64,000 nucleotides of DNA from Nemertoderma westbladi (Eukaryota > Animalia > Xenacoelomorpha). Below the pieces are notes generated by a model that searched no databases, had not been told where the DNA came from, and saw only the letters and a list, made by a program, of their open reading frames with translations. The DNA is taken from NCBI GenBank assembly GCA_032718475.1, contig JAUCBJ010003703.1, positions 4,990-68,989 of the forward strand, read 5' to 3'. Position numbers and translations under genes: made by a program. Shown in pieces: positions 12,490 to 25,021 of this stretch. Position 1 is the stretch's first letter; each line of letters begins with the position of its first letter.

Positions 12490-13430
12490 CATACAACTTA
12501 TCGATTCATTCCATTGTTTTTATTTCAATGCTGCTACTTTTTAAATGCTTAAATGATAGTATATTTCTAGTGTCGGAATACACCACATAACAAATAAATA
12601 ATATAAATATAGATATATTAATTTATACATTATGTAAAAACAATAACAAATACACCAAACAATGTACCGGTATAAAGGTATTGTCCAACATAAGAATTAT
12701 CCCTAAAGCTTTGCAGCTTATTTCCAAGGGGGTCCTTTATGTTACTTGGTTACAAATACAATATTACACTACGCTAACCTAAAACCAATATAAAACGTAA
12801 TTACTCTATGTACATGTACAACTTTACCAAGAGCGTGACAATGTCCGACTCAACGATAAAGATGTAATGTACAGAATAATTTATTACAAAACGTAATTCA
12901 GTAATTACAGTATAAATAGTAAATAATTAATAAACTAATAACTTACTGTAGGACTATTGTACCTATTTTTACATTGCACACGGAGGTGAGATTTAACTGC
13001 AGATTTAAAAGAATGTTGATTATCTAGGTTTTTAATTTCATTAGGCAGAGCGTTCCAATTTTTAATACCGTTAAAAAATAAAGTATCAGATTCAAAGTAT
13101 TTACAATTCGGGAGGTAGAAGTTTGAAGCACTAGCTCTGGTACTGTAAGAGTGTATCGCGTACTCTGTTGAATTTTTGTTTTAGGTAATTGGGACACTTA
13201 CCATTATACACTTTATGCACATGGTTAAGGCGTAGCTGCTTAACTCTACTTCCTAAGTTAAGTAGTCCATCTTCAGAAAATTCAGCTGGAGTTAGGTGGT
13301 GCCTAGGTTTGTAGTCTTTAATAAATCGTACTACTTTATTCTGAGCTACTTGTAATTTACATTTAAGCTGTTTGGTTAAGCCTACATACCAAGAAGAGCA
13401 TGCATGCATAGTCCATGTGCCACTGTATTA
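12490..13430 (-). mobile_element. 5'-truncated CR1/L2/Crack-group LINE (ORF2 C-terminus and 3' UTR)
   Basis: ACSSWY...KLQVAQNKVVRFI...CPNYL...WNALP-type C-terminus. 3' UTR stem-loop at 12694-12735. AATAAA near 12520. Confidence 0.82.
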
Positions 13431-13673
13431 AAGAAGAGCAATGTAACTGGAGAGGATATAAAATGCAGGGGCTGAAGCTTGACGCAAATCCCATCTCGGC
13501 AAATTAATATCTTGTCTCGGTGAATTAAGACTGTTATATCAATTAGATAACTGTTAATATTTTAATTGCGCCGAGTTTGGCAGGATAAAAACTGATTAAA
13601 TAATTATATACACAATACACAATGAAATAAAATAATGATACAATCATATACTATTGAATTAATAATTAAAAAG

Positions 13674-16440
13674 TTATGTGTTGGCCCATTGCAAGAGAGT
13701 TCTTTTGTTATTTAAACAATGTAGGAGGTGGTAGATCATGGCTGTCTGGCCGCATAACTCGCATCGGGAGTAGTCTCCTGGTTGGTGGAAGGTTTTCGTA
13801 CGGCACACGGCGTGGTGGAAACCGTGGATAGAGAACCTTGTCACCACGTGTCTCTGTGGTTCATTTGCGCCTGCCCATTTTCGGTTGGCGAACGCCATCG
13901 AGTTCCAGAATTCTTTGGGGATTTTGCTAATTTTTGTGTTGACAATGTCCGATATTTCTGAAATTCACAGGTTTGAGGCAAATGTAGCTCAACAGCCAGC
14001 TGTGAAACTTGGGTCTTCTCGCCGCATAGCGCCAGAACGAGCCAGTTGTGGGTCGTTTTATGTAGCCCCAGGACCCGTTTGATCTATGTGGCTTTAATTT
14101 TATCTAGTGTGTGCATGTTGTTTGCTGAGAGAAATGGCCATATTTCGCGGAAACAATACGTTATTGTCGGTTGGACTTTTAATTTACATAATTTTGTAGC
14201 GGTTTCAACTGAGAGTAGTTGGGGTTTCTTAATATTATGGATAACTGTGATGGCTTTACAGATAATCAATGTAGTATGCTTTGTAAATGACAATGACGAC
14301 TGCAATGTAATCCCAAGATATTTATAAGAGTTTGTCATTGGTACCATATTCCCATTGTATATGGATTTATCAGCTGCGCTCAGACGACCGCCTCGGCGAA
14401 ACTTAATTATAGCAGTTTTCTTTAAGTTGACCCGGAGCCCGTTTTCTGAGGCCCATCGCGCTAAGGCATCCAGTCCCAACTGAATGGCCTCTCTGGAGTC
14501 GCTGTAGAACAGCAGATCGTCGGCGAATAGGAGGATGATTAATTCTCCAACCCATCGGGCTACTCCAGTGATATATAGTACGATATCCCATATGAATATA
14601 ATCAATAATAGGGGGCTTAGCGAGTCACCTTGAGGTACTCCTCGGGTTTGTTTAATAGTCTTAGATAGCCGTAGCCCGTCTGAAACTCGCATAAAACTGG
14701 TTGACAATATCGCTTTAATGAGTCGATATAGATTCCTCTTAATATTGAAGTGGTTTTTCAATTTAAAAAGTAACCTTGATCTGGGCACCGTGTCGAATGC
14801 CTTCCTGAAGTCCACGAACACCGCTTATAGTGGTTTTCGCGGAGTAGCCAGGTTATTGAATATCCGGTTTACTAGCTGTGCTATTGGCATCTTAGTGGAT
14901 CGACCAGGCAGGAAACCAAACTGTTCCGCCAGGATACGGTGAATTACAAGAGCCCGTAGTCAGTTCGCTACAAGACTAGTTAGTACCTTATACGCATTAC
15001 AGAGCAGAGCAATACCTCTATAGCAGTCTGGATCGTGTCAGGAACCTGACCCCTTGAAGAGGACCTTGATGATGCTGTGTTTCCAGCTATTAACAAGTGC
15101 ACCCAACACCAGGCAGATATTGAATAAAGTAGTCCATAGAGTATGGTTAATAGAATGGCTGCCTGCAAGAGTTCATATGGAAGTTGGTCCGGACCCCCTT
15201 ACTTACCAGCTGGTTTGGTGTTGAACGCAGCAGCGACTTCCTCGACCGAAAACTACGGGATGTCATCACCCGATTCGTCGCCCGAGTCCCGAGTCTAGTG
15301 GAATTTCCGAGGATGCCTCTGATTGGAGTACGTCCTCGAAGTGGCTCTCCCACTTTTCTAGAGGAACTGGACAGTTGGTCGATGTATTCAATTTCTTTGT
15401 CCCTTTGTAGGGTTTAGTTTCCGCGTCTGTTATTAGCTTCTTCTCGGTTTGTAAGGCAAAGTCATTCTGCTTAACTTTCAGCATAGATTTATATTCCCGC
15501 TTGCATTCGCATAGCCTCTGGGAGGCCGAGGGATCAGATTTAACCGTTGCGTGGAGTGCGAGCACCTACCGTCGTTTAGAGTACCATTGCACATCGAACG
15601 AGGGTTTAGCGAAATGCGTCGTAGTTTTACGTAGGGGGGCGACATCTTTAATAGCGCCTGAGAGCGATTTATACGCTTCACCGATGCGGTTCTCCCGCAG
15701 TAAATTATTTGTATGATTAAGGCGATAGTTAGATTGTAGCTTTGGAATGTGGATTTCCCGTTTTCGGAGTGGTTGATTTCCGGCTAACAGGGGCTGAGGA
15801 GCTGTCCAGTTCCAGTTCCAGCTAGCTTTCACTGGTACATGTTTCCTTAGACATCGCGGTTTGCAGTTTATTGTCTGGACCGGTCTGTTAGAGTAAAATA
15901 GATCGATACCACTACTTCCGTTATGGCATATGTATGTTGGTACCTTGCGATTATTTTGTAGCGATAGACCGATATCGTCCATTAGTTCCTCAAAGGCTGT
16001 GGTTTTGATATTGTCCGCAATGTCGACCCGCGCATTAAAGTCTCCACCAATGACGACAGGGCCTCCGAAATTATCAGGAATTTGATCGGTAACAGTCAAA
16101 ACGCCGACAATGAAATCCTCAAGGGCTGTTTGAGGGGGAAAGTAACAGCAAGAAAATAAACCGAAGTCTGTGCTAACAGTTACACCAGAAGAGTCCATAT
16201 GGATTAGGTTTGGGTTTAGATGCGGTTTAACCACAATTGTTATTCCACCGATGGGCCGACCTCGACCTATTGGTTTTGTAGCTGGTATAGTATCTGGTAA
16301 TATCTACCTTTTTGTCTGAAGTTGCCAACGCTTCCGTAAACATCAGGATGTCGCTGTCGAAGACCGTGTCGTTGTGAGAGAGTCCCAGGACTGATTGTAA
16401 GCCTTCAACATTCCATAGAACGGCACATAATGTTACCCGA
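13674..16440 (-). pseudogene. LINE ORF2: APE endonuclease, reverse transcriptase and CCHC knuckle, frameshifted
   Basis: WNVEGL, GRPIGGI, GGDFNAR, IDLFY, RKHVP; FVDFRKAFDTV, GVPQGDSLSPLL, LFADDL, YKYLG; CELCGQTAMIYHLLHC. Several stops and frameshifts. Confidence 0.9.
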
Positions 16441-16801
16441 TGTTGGCGTTATTGGAGAGGCCCTAGTGGTCGGTGCTGCTGGTGTTGCAACCTTAATTGA
16501 AATTGAAGAAGTTTGGTCCTCGGTCAGTAGTCAGTTCAAATTCCCGACACATGTTCCCTGCACTGGGGTTTTGTTGCAGCTTTAGGTTCGCCCTTTCTGC
16601 TTGACTAAGGTATTGTCTTGTAATAGTTGCACCCTTGGGCCAATTTCCTGGTGTATATATTGCTTCCCAGGATTCATCATTTGGGCAAACCACATGAAAA
16701 GTCGCATAGTTTGGTCGCAGAGTGGCATCGTTGTCAGTAGCAGGAAGGAGATTAAACACATGATCCACGGCGATATTTCTCCCTGCAAGATGTGTTTTGA
16801 C

Positions 16802-19120
16802 TAGGGTTCAACAGAAGGCACTTTATGGGGCCGAACCGAACCGAACCGAAGCAGGGCCAACTTCGGGCCGAACCGAACCGAATCCGAACCGAAGTTCAGA
16901 AAGTTAGCAAGTTATGGTCATAAAATCGTATTTACGTCACTATAATGGCTGACTGGCAGTGGCAGACTGGCACCTATTTGGTGTGCGGACTTAGCAAGAA
17001 AGCTATGATTAATTAAAAAAATAAGTACTACAAAATAAAATGGCAATATTTACATTACTGTACATTACTAACCTAAACTACTGTGTACGTACTGTACTGC
17101 TGTATGCACCACATTATCACCCGTAGTAAGCCGTACAGTAGTGACATCAAATTTAGAAAACCTCACTAAAAGTACAGGTAGTCTTTGTAATACTATTTAT
17201 ATGAGGTAGTAGGTATATTTGGTATTATGTATCAAAGTTATGATTAATTAAAAAATAGGTACTACAATAAAATGGCAATGTTTAGCCTAACCTAAACTAC
17301 TGTATAATTAAGCTAATTTTGAAACTACCCAAGTAAACTGGAAACAATTAAAAAAATAATGCCATTTAAATGGAAGTTCAGTCCAAAATTAAGGGTGTAA
17401 ACGTTAAGCAGACAGTGGTGCAGACACCTGGTGCGGACAGTGGTGCAGACACTGGTGCAGACAGTGGTGCAGACAGTCTGACTGTGGTGCACCGTGCAGA
17501 CAGAGGTGCAGACACTGGTGCAGACAGTGGTGCAGACACTGGTGCAGACTGCAGACAGTGGTGCAGAAACTGGCTGACTGGTGCAGGCAGACAGTGGTGC
17601 AGCGTGCAGACACTGGTGCAGAGAGTGGTGCAGACACTGGCAACTGGTGCAGACAGTGGTGCAGACACTGGTGCAGACAGTGGTGCAGACAGTGATGCAG
17701 ACACTGGTGCAGACAATGGTGCAGACAGTGGCTGAGTGGTTCAGACAGTGGCGCAGAAAGTGGTGCAGACACTGGTGCAGGCAGTGGTGCAGACGCTGGT
17801 GCAGACAGTGGTGCAGACACTGGTGCAGACAGTGGTGCAGACAGTGATGCAGACACCTGATGCGGACAGTGGTGCAGACAGTGGTGCAGACAGTGGTGCA
17901 TGACACCTGGTGAAAATACTGAAATACCAGAGTACCACAAAACACAATACCACCAGGCACTATTATATTATATTTTATCATAGAATTTATTATCTGCAAA
18001 TATGCGAGTAACTACTGAAAGGTTCTACATGAAGTAGGGAGGACGTATGTAGTACATGAGGGATGTGTGGGGGTGAATGTGCCCTAATTAAAAATAATTA
18101 TAAGTGGTGCGTACCGTACGAAAGTAATTAATCGGTATTCCCGTTTTCATATAAACAATAATGTCTATAAATTGTAAGCAGCAATGTCTCCAAGGAATAA
18201 GGTTTAAGCGACAGTGTTTGATTGTTTATACATGACCTACTTTATACAGAGTATGTTTAATTTGTTTACCTTTACTGGAGCCACTGCTTATTACTTTATA
18301 ATAAAACGAGCTCATTGAGTTATTGTCTCATGCTGGGGATATACATTCACTAACTACAGTAAGGTCTCAGGAATTCTTAGCCCGCGAGTATTCTTAGCCT
18401 GCGAGTATTATTGGCCCTTGGGTATTCTTAGCCCGCAAAACAATAACGTTTATTGTTTTGGTTCCCCCAATACTCCTCTGAAACCTGCTCCTTTACTAAC
18501 CTGCTCACCCCTTTACTGTCTGCACCAGAGTCTGCACCACTGTCTGCACCACTGTCTGCACTAGTGTCTGCACCACTGTCTGCACCAGTGTCTGCACCAC
18601 TGTCTGCACCAGTGTCTGCACCACTGTCTACACCACTGCCTGCACCAGTGTCTGCTCCACTGTCGGCACTAGGTGTCTGCATCACTGTCTGCTCCACTGT
18701 CTGCACCAGTGTCTGCACCACTGTCTGCACCACTGTCTGCACCACTGTCTGCACCACTGTCTGCACCATTGTCTGCACCACTGTCTGCACCATTGTCTGC
18801 ACCACTGTCTGCACCAGGTGTCTGCACGACTGTCTCTACCAGGTGTCTGCACCAGTGTCTGCACCACTGTCTGCACCACTGTCTGCTCTGCACCAGTGTC
18901 TGCTTAACGTTTACACCCCAAAATTAATTTGTACAACGATGGACAGATTGATTAGTCTTTCTGTCTTCTGGTCTTAGCTCAATCAGTCAATGTAATACTT
19001 GGAATATTTAGCAAAGTTTGCTCCGGGCTTCTGCAGTATCAATTGCAGAAGCCGAACCGAACCGAAATTGCCAAACTTCGGCCCGAACCGAACCGAAGCC
19101 GAAGCTTCTGTTGAGCCCTA
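16802..19120. mobile_element. Non-autonomous hAT transposon
   Basis: TIRs TAGGGTTCAACAGAAG / CTTCTGTTGAGCCCTA. 8-bp TSD GTTTTGAC at 16794-16801 and 19121-19128. Subterminal (CCGAA)n. Confidence 0.93.
17393..18918. mobile_element. Foldback / Mutator-like element with arms built from a 12-bp minisatellite
   Basis: Termini GGGTGTAAACGTTAAGCAGACA / TGTCTGCTTAACGTTTACACCC. 9-bp TSD CAAAATTAA at 17384-17392 and 18919-18927. (GCAGACAGTGGT)n at 17408-17900 is mirrored by (ACCACTGTCTGC)n at 18516-18903. Confidence 0.92.
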
Positions 19121-21499
19121 GTTTTGACCATTTCCAGTGAAGTGTCAGGTTGGAGACGGCTGATGCGGATATGAAATCATGGCGAGAGCTGAGCCACCAC
19201 TTTCAAAGTACTGGGTTGGGTTGTCCCCTCCGGACTAGATTCTTTATTTGTTCCTGTCGCTACGACAATAGACTGTCTGCTCTTATGTCGTTACGTGACC
19301 CACCCCGAGTCTACTTCGCGTCCCGGTTCCAGTGTAGAAGCAACCCGCTGTGGTTTGGTGGGGTCCACAGTTGGTGGAGGGACCCGAGTTGTCGACGAGG
19401 CGTCGACTACCGTTACCACCACACCCGCCTCAGGTACTGGCACCGTCCGACCTGACGGTACTCTGGCGGGTTTTGTTTCCTTCAGTGTAGCCGCAGCGCA
19501 TCCTCCTCCGGATCCCCAGGGTGAATGTTGCACTGTGTGACTATAGCGCATCGGTTGGTTTTCATTTGTCCGTCTGAGACACTGGAGAAGTTCGCTTTTC
19601 GCAGTAATTATATCCTCCCCTGCGTCACTCAGCTTACCCAGAACGATTAGTGTATTTCGATGTCATTGTCATAACCCACTCGGTCATTTGTTTGTCGTCT
19701 TCCTGGTTGACGGATTTCTTCTGCTTTATTGTCTTTAGTAGCCCAAGAATATTGTCTTGCAACTCTATAAATTATTCGGCCATAATCGATCACAGTTTAA
19801 AATTGTTTAAGTTTAATCATACAATATCAAGCAGGTGTAGGGATCTATAGTACAGGTTCTCTGTTTATTTTTATTTTTAATGAGCAATATTCAATTTGGT
19901 GCCCCAGCAAAGCCTCCTGTAGTGTTGCTATTATATTTCGAATACTTACTATATATCGAATTGTATACGTGATATATGTAGATTAAAGGTATCGCAAATG
20001 CAGTTATAAATTAGATAACTGGAAAGGCTTGGCCAATGCGACCTTGGCTTGGCCCACGGTGACGTCAACTGTACAGTACCGGTATACTTTTAGTTGTCAA
20101 ATTGTAACTTCCATAAAAAAACACATTTTATACTATACGTGAAGTTCCCCTGTGGTACAAAAACAAAATGCCGTCAATTAAATTAAATCTTCATCCATTT
20201 ACCCATGGGGATGGAAGAACCATGTCTGGCTTCAAAGGTAGATTGTTAAGATTAACATCAGATAACTGTCTGATGTATACAGTAGCATACTAATCCAGAC
20301 ACTAAATGCTAAAATCTCTAAACCTCACTTTTAACCATTCTGTCTGAATAACACCCAATATTTTAAAGCATTGCTAAACAGGCCAATCGAAGGGTCCAAA
20401 TTACAGTACTATTCAAACTCTAACATTGCTTGAAAACCACATCTTAAGAGTAAGACTAAACATAAACAAGCCAATAGGAGGGCTCCGACAATTTCTAAGG
20501 AAATAGAGTGGGATGATAAGCAATTTTGATTGGTTGATGATGCATCCACATGCGGATTCCTATGTGTCAGTTTAACGCACACTGGCAGCTGGCTGAGTAC
20601 AGTCACATGAGTGGTAGACTGGTGGCTGACAGGCCATATTGAAAGGTTTTACATGTACGCCGAGCACATTCGGTGCAGCACTAGAACTTGCACCAGGAGC
20701 TGGCACAGAAATGTCCTACGCCGGGCAATGAGTCTGAAGGGTCGGTGCTACGCTGGTGTAGCCATAGCCAGCGTAGCACCGACAATGATAGAGATGCTGC
20801 GCTCGGTGCGAATTAATTGAAATCACGAAAATACATACAAAAATTTGCTCGCATTTATTTTTCATTTCATATTCTTCAAACTGTCAAATGTCTCTTTCTA
20901 TCATTTCACGAATACGGAACTAAAAATTTATCAATTTATTTTAACTACTATTGTTATTTGTTATGTTTATGTTAGTAAACAGGTAAAGTCAGAAAGTAAC
21001 AATGTAGGCCTATTAAGTATGACTTACTGTAATTATCAGATTATATAAGCCAACTGTATGTTAAGAGTGTAAGAGTCAGAGAGTAAGACTAATTATTATA
21101 CACAGTATTACTGCAGTACTGGTACCTAATGATAATGAAGTATTGCATATTTATTCAAATTTTACACAGTATAGAGTAATGTATTTTCAAATATAAATGT
21201 AGTGGATTACAAAAATATTTTTTAATATTACCGGCATACCGGCGACAATTTTGAATGAAACGCGCAAACTTTTAAAAAAGGAATGTAAAATTGTTCTTAT
21301 GAGCTGTACGATTTTTTGGATTTTTTGCACGTTTTGAGATATGGCATGAAATGAGCTATACCAGTCTGCCAGTATACTGGTATATGTGACTTTCTATGGA
21401 TTACGATGAGGTGTGCGACGAGCCAATTTCAGGCAGTCAGGTGCGCGGTGATCTTGAAACAACAAAGTGTACCTACTCGCTCATGAATGAATTCCAACC

Positions 21500-22323
21500 T
21501 GGGCTATAACCACCTATAACGAGCTATAATATGAAAATTTACATTAAAAAAACGCCCCTAGGGTGTTTTTAACTTTTGGATTAACACCAAACACGGTGGT
21601 CTGAAAAATACCGCAGGTTAAAACTTAGGCTGTTAGGGTAGGCCTATCTGCCTATGCTGCTATGCCTAATTGATACTGGTAAGATTTTTTATTGGCCTAT
21701 ATTGCTCACTCACTATATGCTATATTCCTGTATTCTATATCTATATCGACCAGACTGCCAGAAGCTGACAGCGGATAGCACGATGGAGGATAGACAGAGA
21801 GATGGGAGACCTCTCCACTGCTGCACTGTCTGATAGTCAGATAATGCAGTACTGCAGTAGTCAGGCAGTCAGGTAGGCCTAGTGCCTAGTGCAGCAGTCT
21901 GGTAGTGGTATGCTGACTAAAATGCAATAATGACTGATTCCGTGATACCACAAAGATGAAAAGCATTATGGACTAAAAAAACAAATTGCGTAATTAAATT
22001 ACTGACTAGGAAAATAAATCCATTCTAATTTAGTTTAGTTTATTTCGCCACACATGTTAAAATACAACAAACAATTATACCTGGCTGCCTGGCATCAACT
22101 TATAAATACGCTACTGCGTGTTACACAACGGTATTGTTGCTAAATAATAATAAAAATAATAAAAGTAAAATATGTTTTTTTATTGTAAATTTTCAGATTA
22201 TCTGATTATAGCTCGTTATACAGTTATAGGTGGTTATAGCTTGTTATAGGAAGTTATAGCCCATTAACTGATTAAAGCTCGTTATAGCCCGTTATAGATC
22301 GTTCTACCTTTTAATACTTACCC
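21500..22323. mobile_element. Foldback / Mutator-like element, left terminus lost
   Basis: CTATAAC repeats at 21500-21530 are mirrored by GTTATAG repeats at 22205-22300. Right terminus reverse complement is GGGTAAGTATTAAAAGG. Confidence 0.55.
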
Positions 22324-22380
22324 TGTACATTCTCTTCTCAATGCAACCCAGGTTGGAATTTATGTAGAGTTTGCTCAACA

Positions 22381-22535
22381 TGTGTGGCGCGGATTAAGGA
22401 TCCTGGCGCGTAGTAGTGACAGGGGCGTGTGGCGCGGATTAAGGATCCCGGCGCGTAGTGACAGGGGCGTGTGGCGCGCATTGAGGATCCTGGCGGTCCT
22501 GGCGCGAATATGGATGTAGGGTTAGGTTAGGACAG
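22381..22535. repeat. About 45-bp tandem repeat (x3) followed by a GGTTAGG tract
   Basis: GTGTGGCGCGGATTAAGGATCCTGGCGCGTAGTGACAGGGGC repeated about three times. Confidence 0.7.
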
Positions 22536-25021
22536 TAGGAGGTAGCGTAGCAGTGCACTAGCAACACATCCCACTCTACAGCTCTATTTCAGTATTTGAA
22601 ATTATTCCATAGGTTTATTAAGATCGAAAAATGTCTGCTCGCTTCGCTTGCGTTTATACTATAACTGTATAAGTCTACTCTTAGCACTGTTTGGCTGTGG
22701 ACAAATGGAAACGGACAGATTGAGCATGACCATTAAAAACATGACTTGTTTCAAAAGTTTTTCAATTGTCAGATTCTTCAAACCAATAAAACCATGACAG
22801 CCTGCATGATTCAGCAGACAGTCTGGGAAATTAGCCCAATAGGGAAATTTTAAAATTTCTCTATAAGGAAACTTTTATTTCCCTAGGCCTATAGGGAAAT
22901 TTTTGCATAATCGCTATAGCGCATTCACTGATAACATAGCGCATTAAGTGAGATATACTAGGTCATTCACCTCTACCCTGTCTTCAATATAACTACTGCC
23001 CCAAGGCAGCCAACTACTACCCTGGGGGTTTTACAGACATGCGAAAATTAACTTTGCCTGTTTCCCTATAGGGAAACATGCATATGTTTCCCTATTAGTG
23101 TTAGACCGGAGCTCCGGCTCCGGTCCGGATCCGGCCCGGAAAATGGTGCTCCGGTTCCGGTCCGGCTCCGGCTAAAATATGACTGGAGGACCGGAGCTCC
23201 AGTATAAAACTGTAAAAGACAGACAGACTGACAGAGACACACAATGTACAGATGTACAATGCACAATCAGTTGTCCACAGTCACAGTCATCTAGTCTAGT
23301 CAGCTAGTCCATCATAGTACAGCCAGACAGCTTTGCCTACTGCTGTACTGGCCTACCAGGTGCCAGGCTGAGGCTACAAAGACAGGCCAGTCAGTACACT
23401 ACCTACAGTACTACCTATAGTACCTACAGTACTGTACTACCTACTCACTCTCTGACTCTGTCTAGCCTGTCGCTGTCACTAGCCTAGTACAGTAGTATTA
23501 GTACTAGTACCTATACCTCTACCTGTTGCCTGTCTACATCTACAGATCCGGTCCTACTAATTACCCCAACCTACCCCAACCTACCACAATCTACCACAAT
23601 CTACCCCAACAATTCGATACAGGCATCTAATTACCACAATGTTATTTTACAATGGCATCTAATTACCACAATATACAGAACTCAAGTGTCTATTTACCAC
23701 AAGACTACACTGCATCTAATTACCACAATATTATTTTACAATGGCATCTAATTACCACAATATACAGAACGCAAGTGTCTAATTACCACAAGACTATACT
23801 GCGTCTAATTACCACAATCTATTTACGAACAAGACTACACTGCACACTGCATCTAATTACCACAATATTATTTTACAATGGCATCTAATTACCACAATAT
23901 ACAGAACGCAAGTGTCTAATTACCACAAGACTATACTGCGTCTAATTACCACAAGACTACACTGCATCTAATTACCACAATATTATTTTACATGGCATCT
24001 AATTACCACAATATACTAGCAATGTCTAATTACCACAAGACTATACTGCGTCTTTACCACAAGACTATACTGCGTCTAATTACCACAATCTATTTACGAA
24101 CAAGACTACACTGCACACTGCATCTAATTACCACAATATTATTTTACAATGGCATCTAATTACCACAATATACAGAACGCAAGTGTCTAATTAGGCCTAC
24201 CACAAGACTATACTGCGTCTAATTACCACAATCTATTTACGAACAAGACTACACTGCATCTAATTACCACAATATTATTTTACAATGGCATCTAATTACC
24301 ACAATATACAGAACGCAAGTGTCTAATTACCACAAGACTATACTGCGTCTAATTACCACAAGACTATACTGCGTCTAATTACCACAATCTATTTACGAAC
24401 AAGACTACACTGCACACTGCATCTAATTACCACAATATTATTTTACAATGGCATCTAATTACCACAATATACGGAACGCAAGTGTCTAATTACCACAAGA
24501 CTATACTGCGTCTTTACCACAAGACTATACTGCGTCTAATTACCACAATCTATTTACGAACAAGACTACACTGCATCTAATTACCACAATATTATTTTAC
24601 AATGGCATCTAATTACCACAATATACAGAACGCAAGTGTCTAATTACCACAAGACTATACTGCGTCTTTACCACAAGACTATACTGCGTCTAATTACCAC
24701 AATCTATTTACGAACAAGACTACACTGCATCTAATTACCACAATATTATTTTACAATGGCATCTAATTACCACAATATACAGAACGCAAGTCTCTATAAT
24801 TACCACAACACTATACTGCGTCTAATTACCACAATATACAGAACGCAGTGTCTATTTACCACAAGACCACACTGCATCTAATTACCACAATATACAGAAT
24901 GCAAGAGTGTCTAATTACCACAATATACAGTACGGTAGTTATTAATATTCAGTGTCTAATTACCGCAAAACTTCACTAACGTCTAATTACCACAATATAC
25001 AGAACTCAAGTGTCTAATCAC

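Larger units (their letters stand above)
13440..19870 (-). mobile_element. Near full-length decayed LINE (RTEX/Proto2-like), ORF1 and ORF2
   Basis: ORF1 remnant with a WPKG C-terminal motif, split by an hAT at 16802-19120. ORF2 has APE and RT domains and a C-terminal CxxC...H...C knuckle. Ends approximate; clade is an inference. Confidence 0.8.
12196..20571. mobile_element. Kolobok-like non-autonomous element with about 155-bp TIRs, expanded by nested insertions
   Basis: 12196-12352 is the reverse complement of 20418-20571 (e.g. GATGCATCATCGACCAATCAAAATTGCT vs AGCAATTTTGATTGGTTGATGATGCATC). TTAA at 12189-12192 and 20572-20575, with a few extra bases at the left junction. Confidence 0.65.

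Noticed and set aside
17325-18977. Many overlapping ORFs (SAPL, CTTV, CLHH, GADS repeats) resembling antifreeze or metal-binding proteins
   Set aside because: They are translations of the 12-bp repeat arms of a foldback element bounded by TIRs and a TSD.
20740-20783. Strong hairpin GTCGGTGCTACGCTGG...CCAGCGTAGCACCGAC as an ncRNA or terminator
   Set aside because: It looks like a subterminal palindrome of a decayed MITE (related GCGTAGCA motif near 22545), and there is no independent evidence for an RNA gene.
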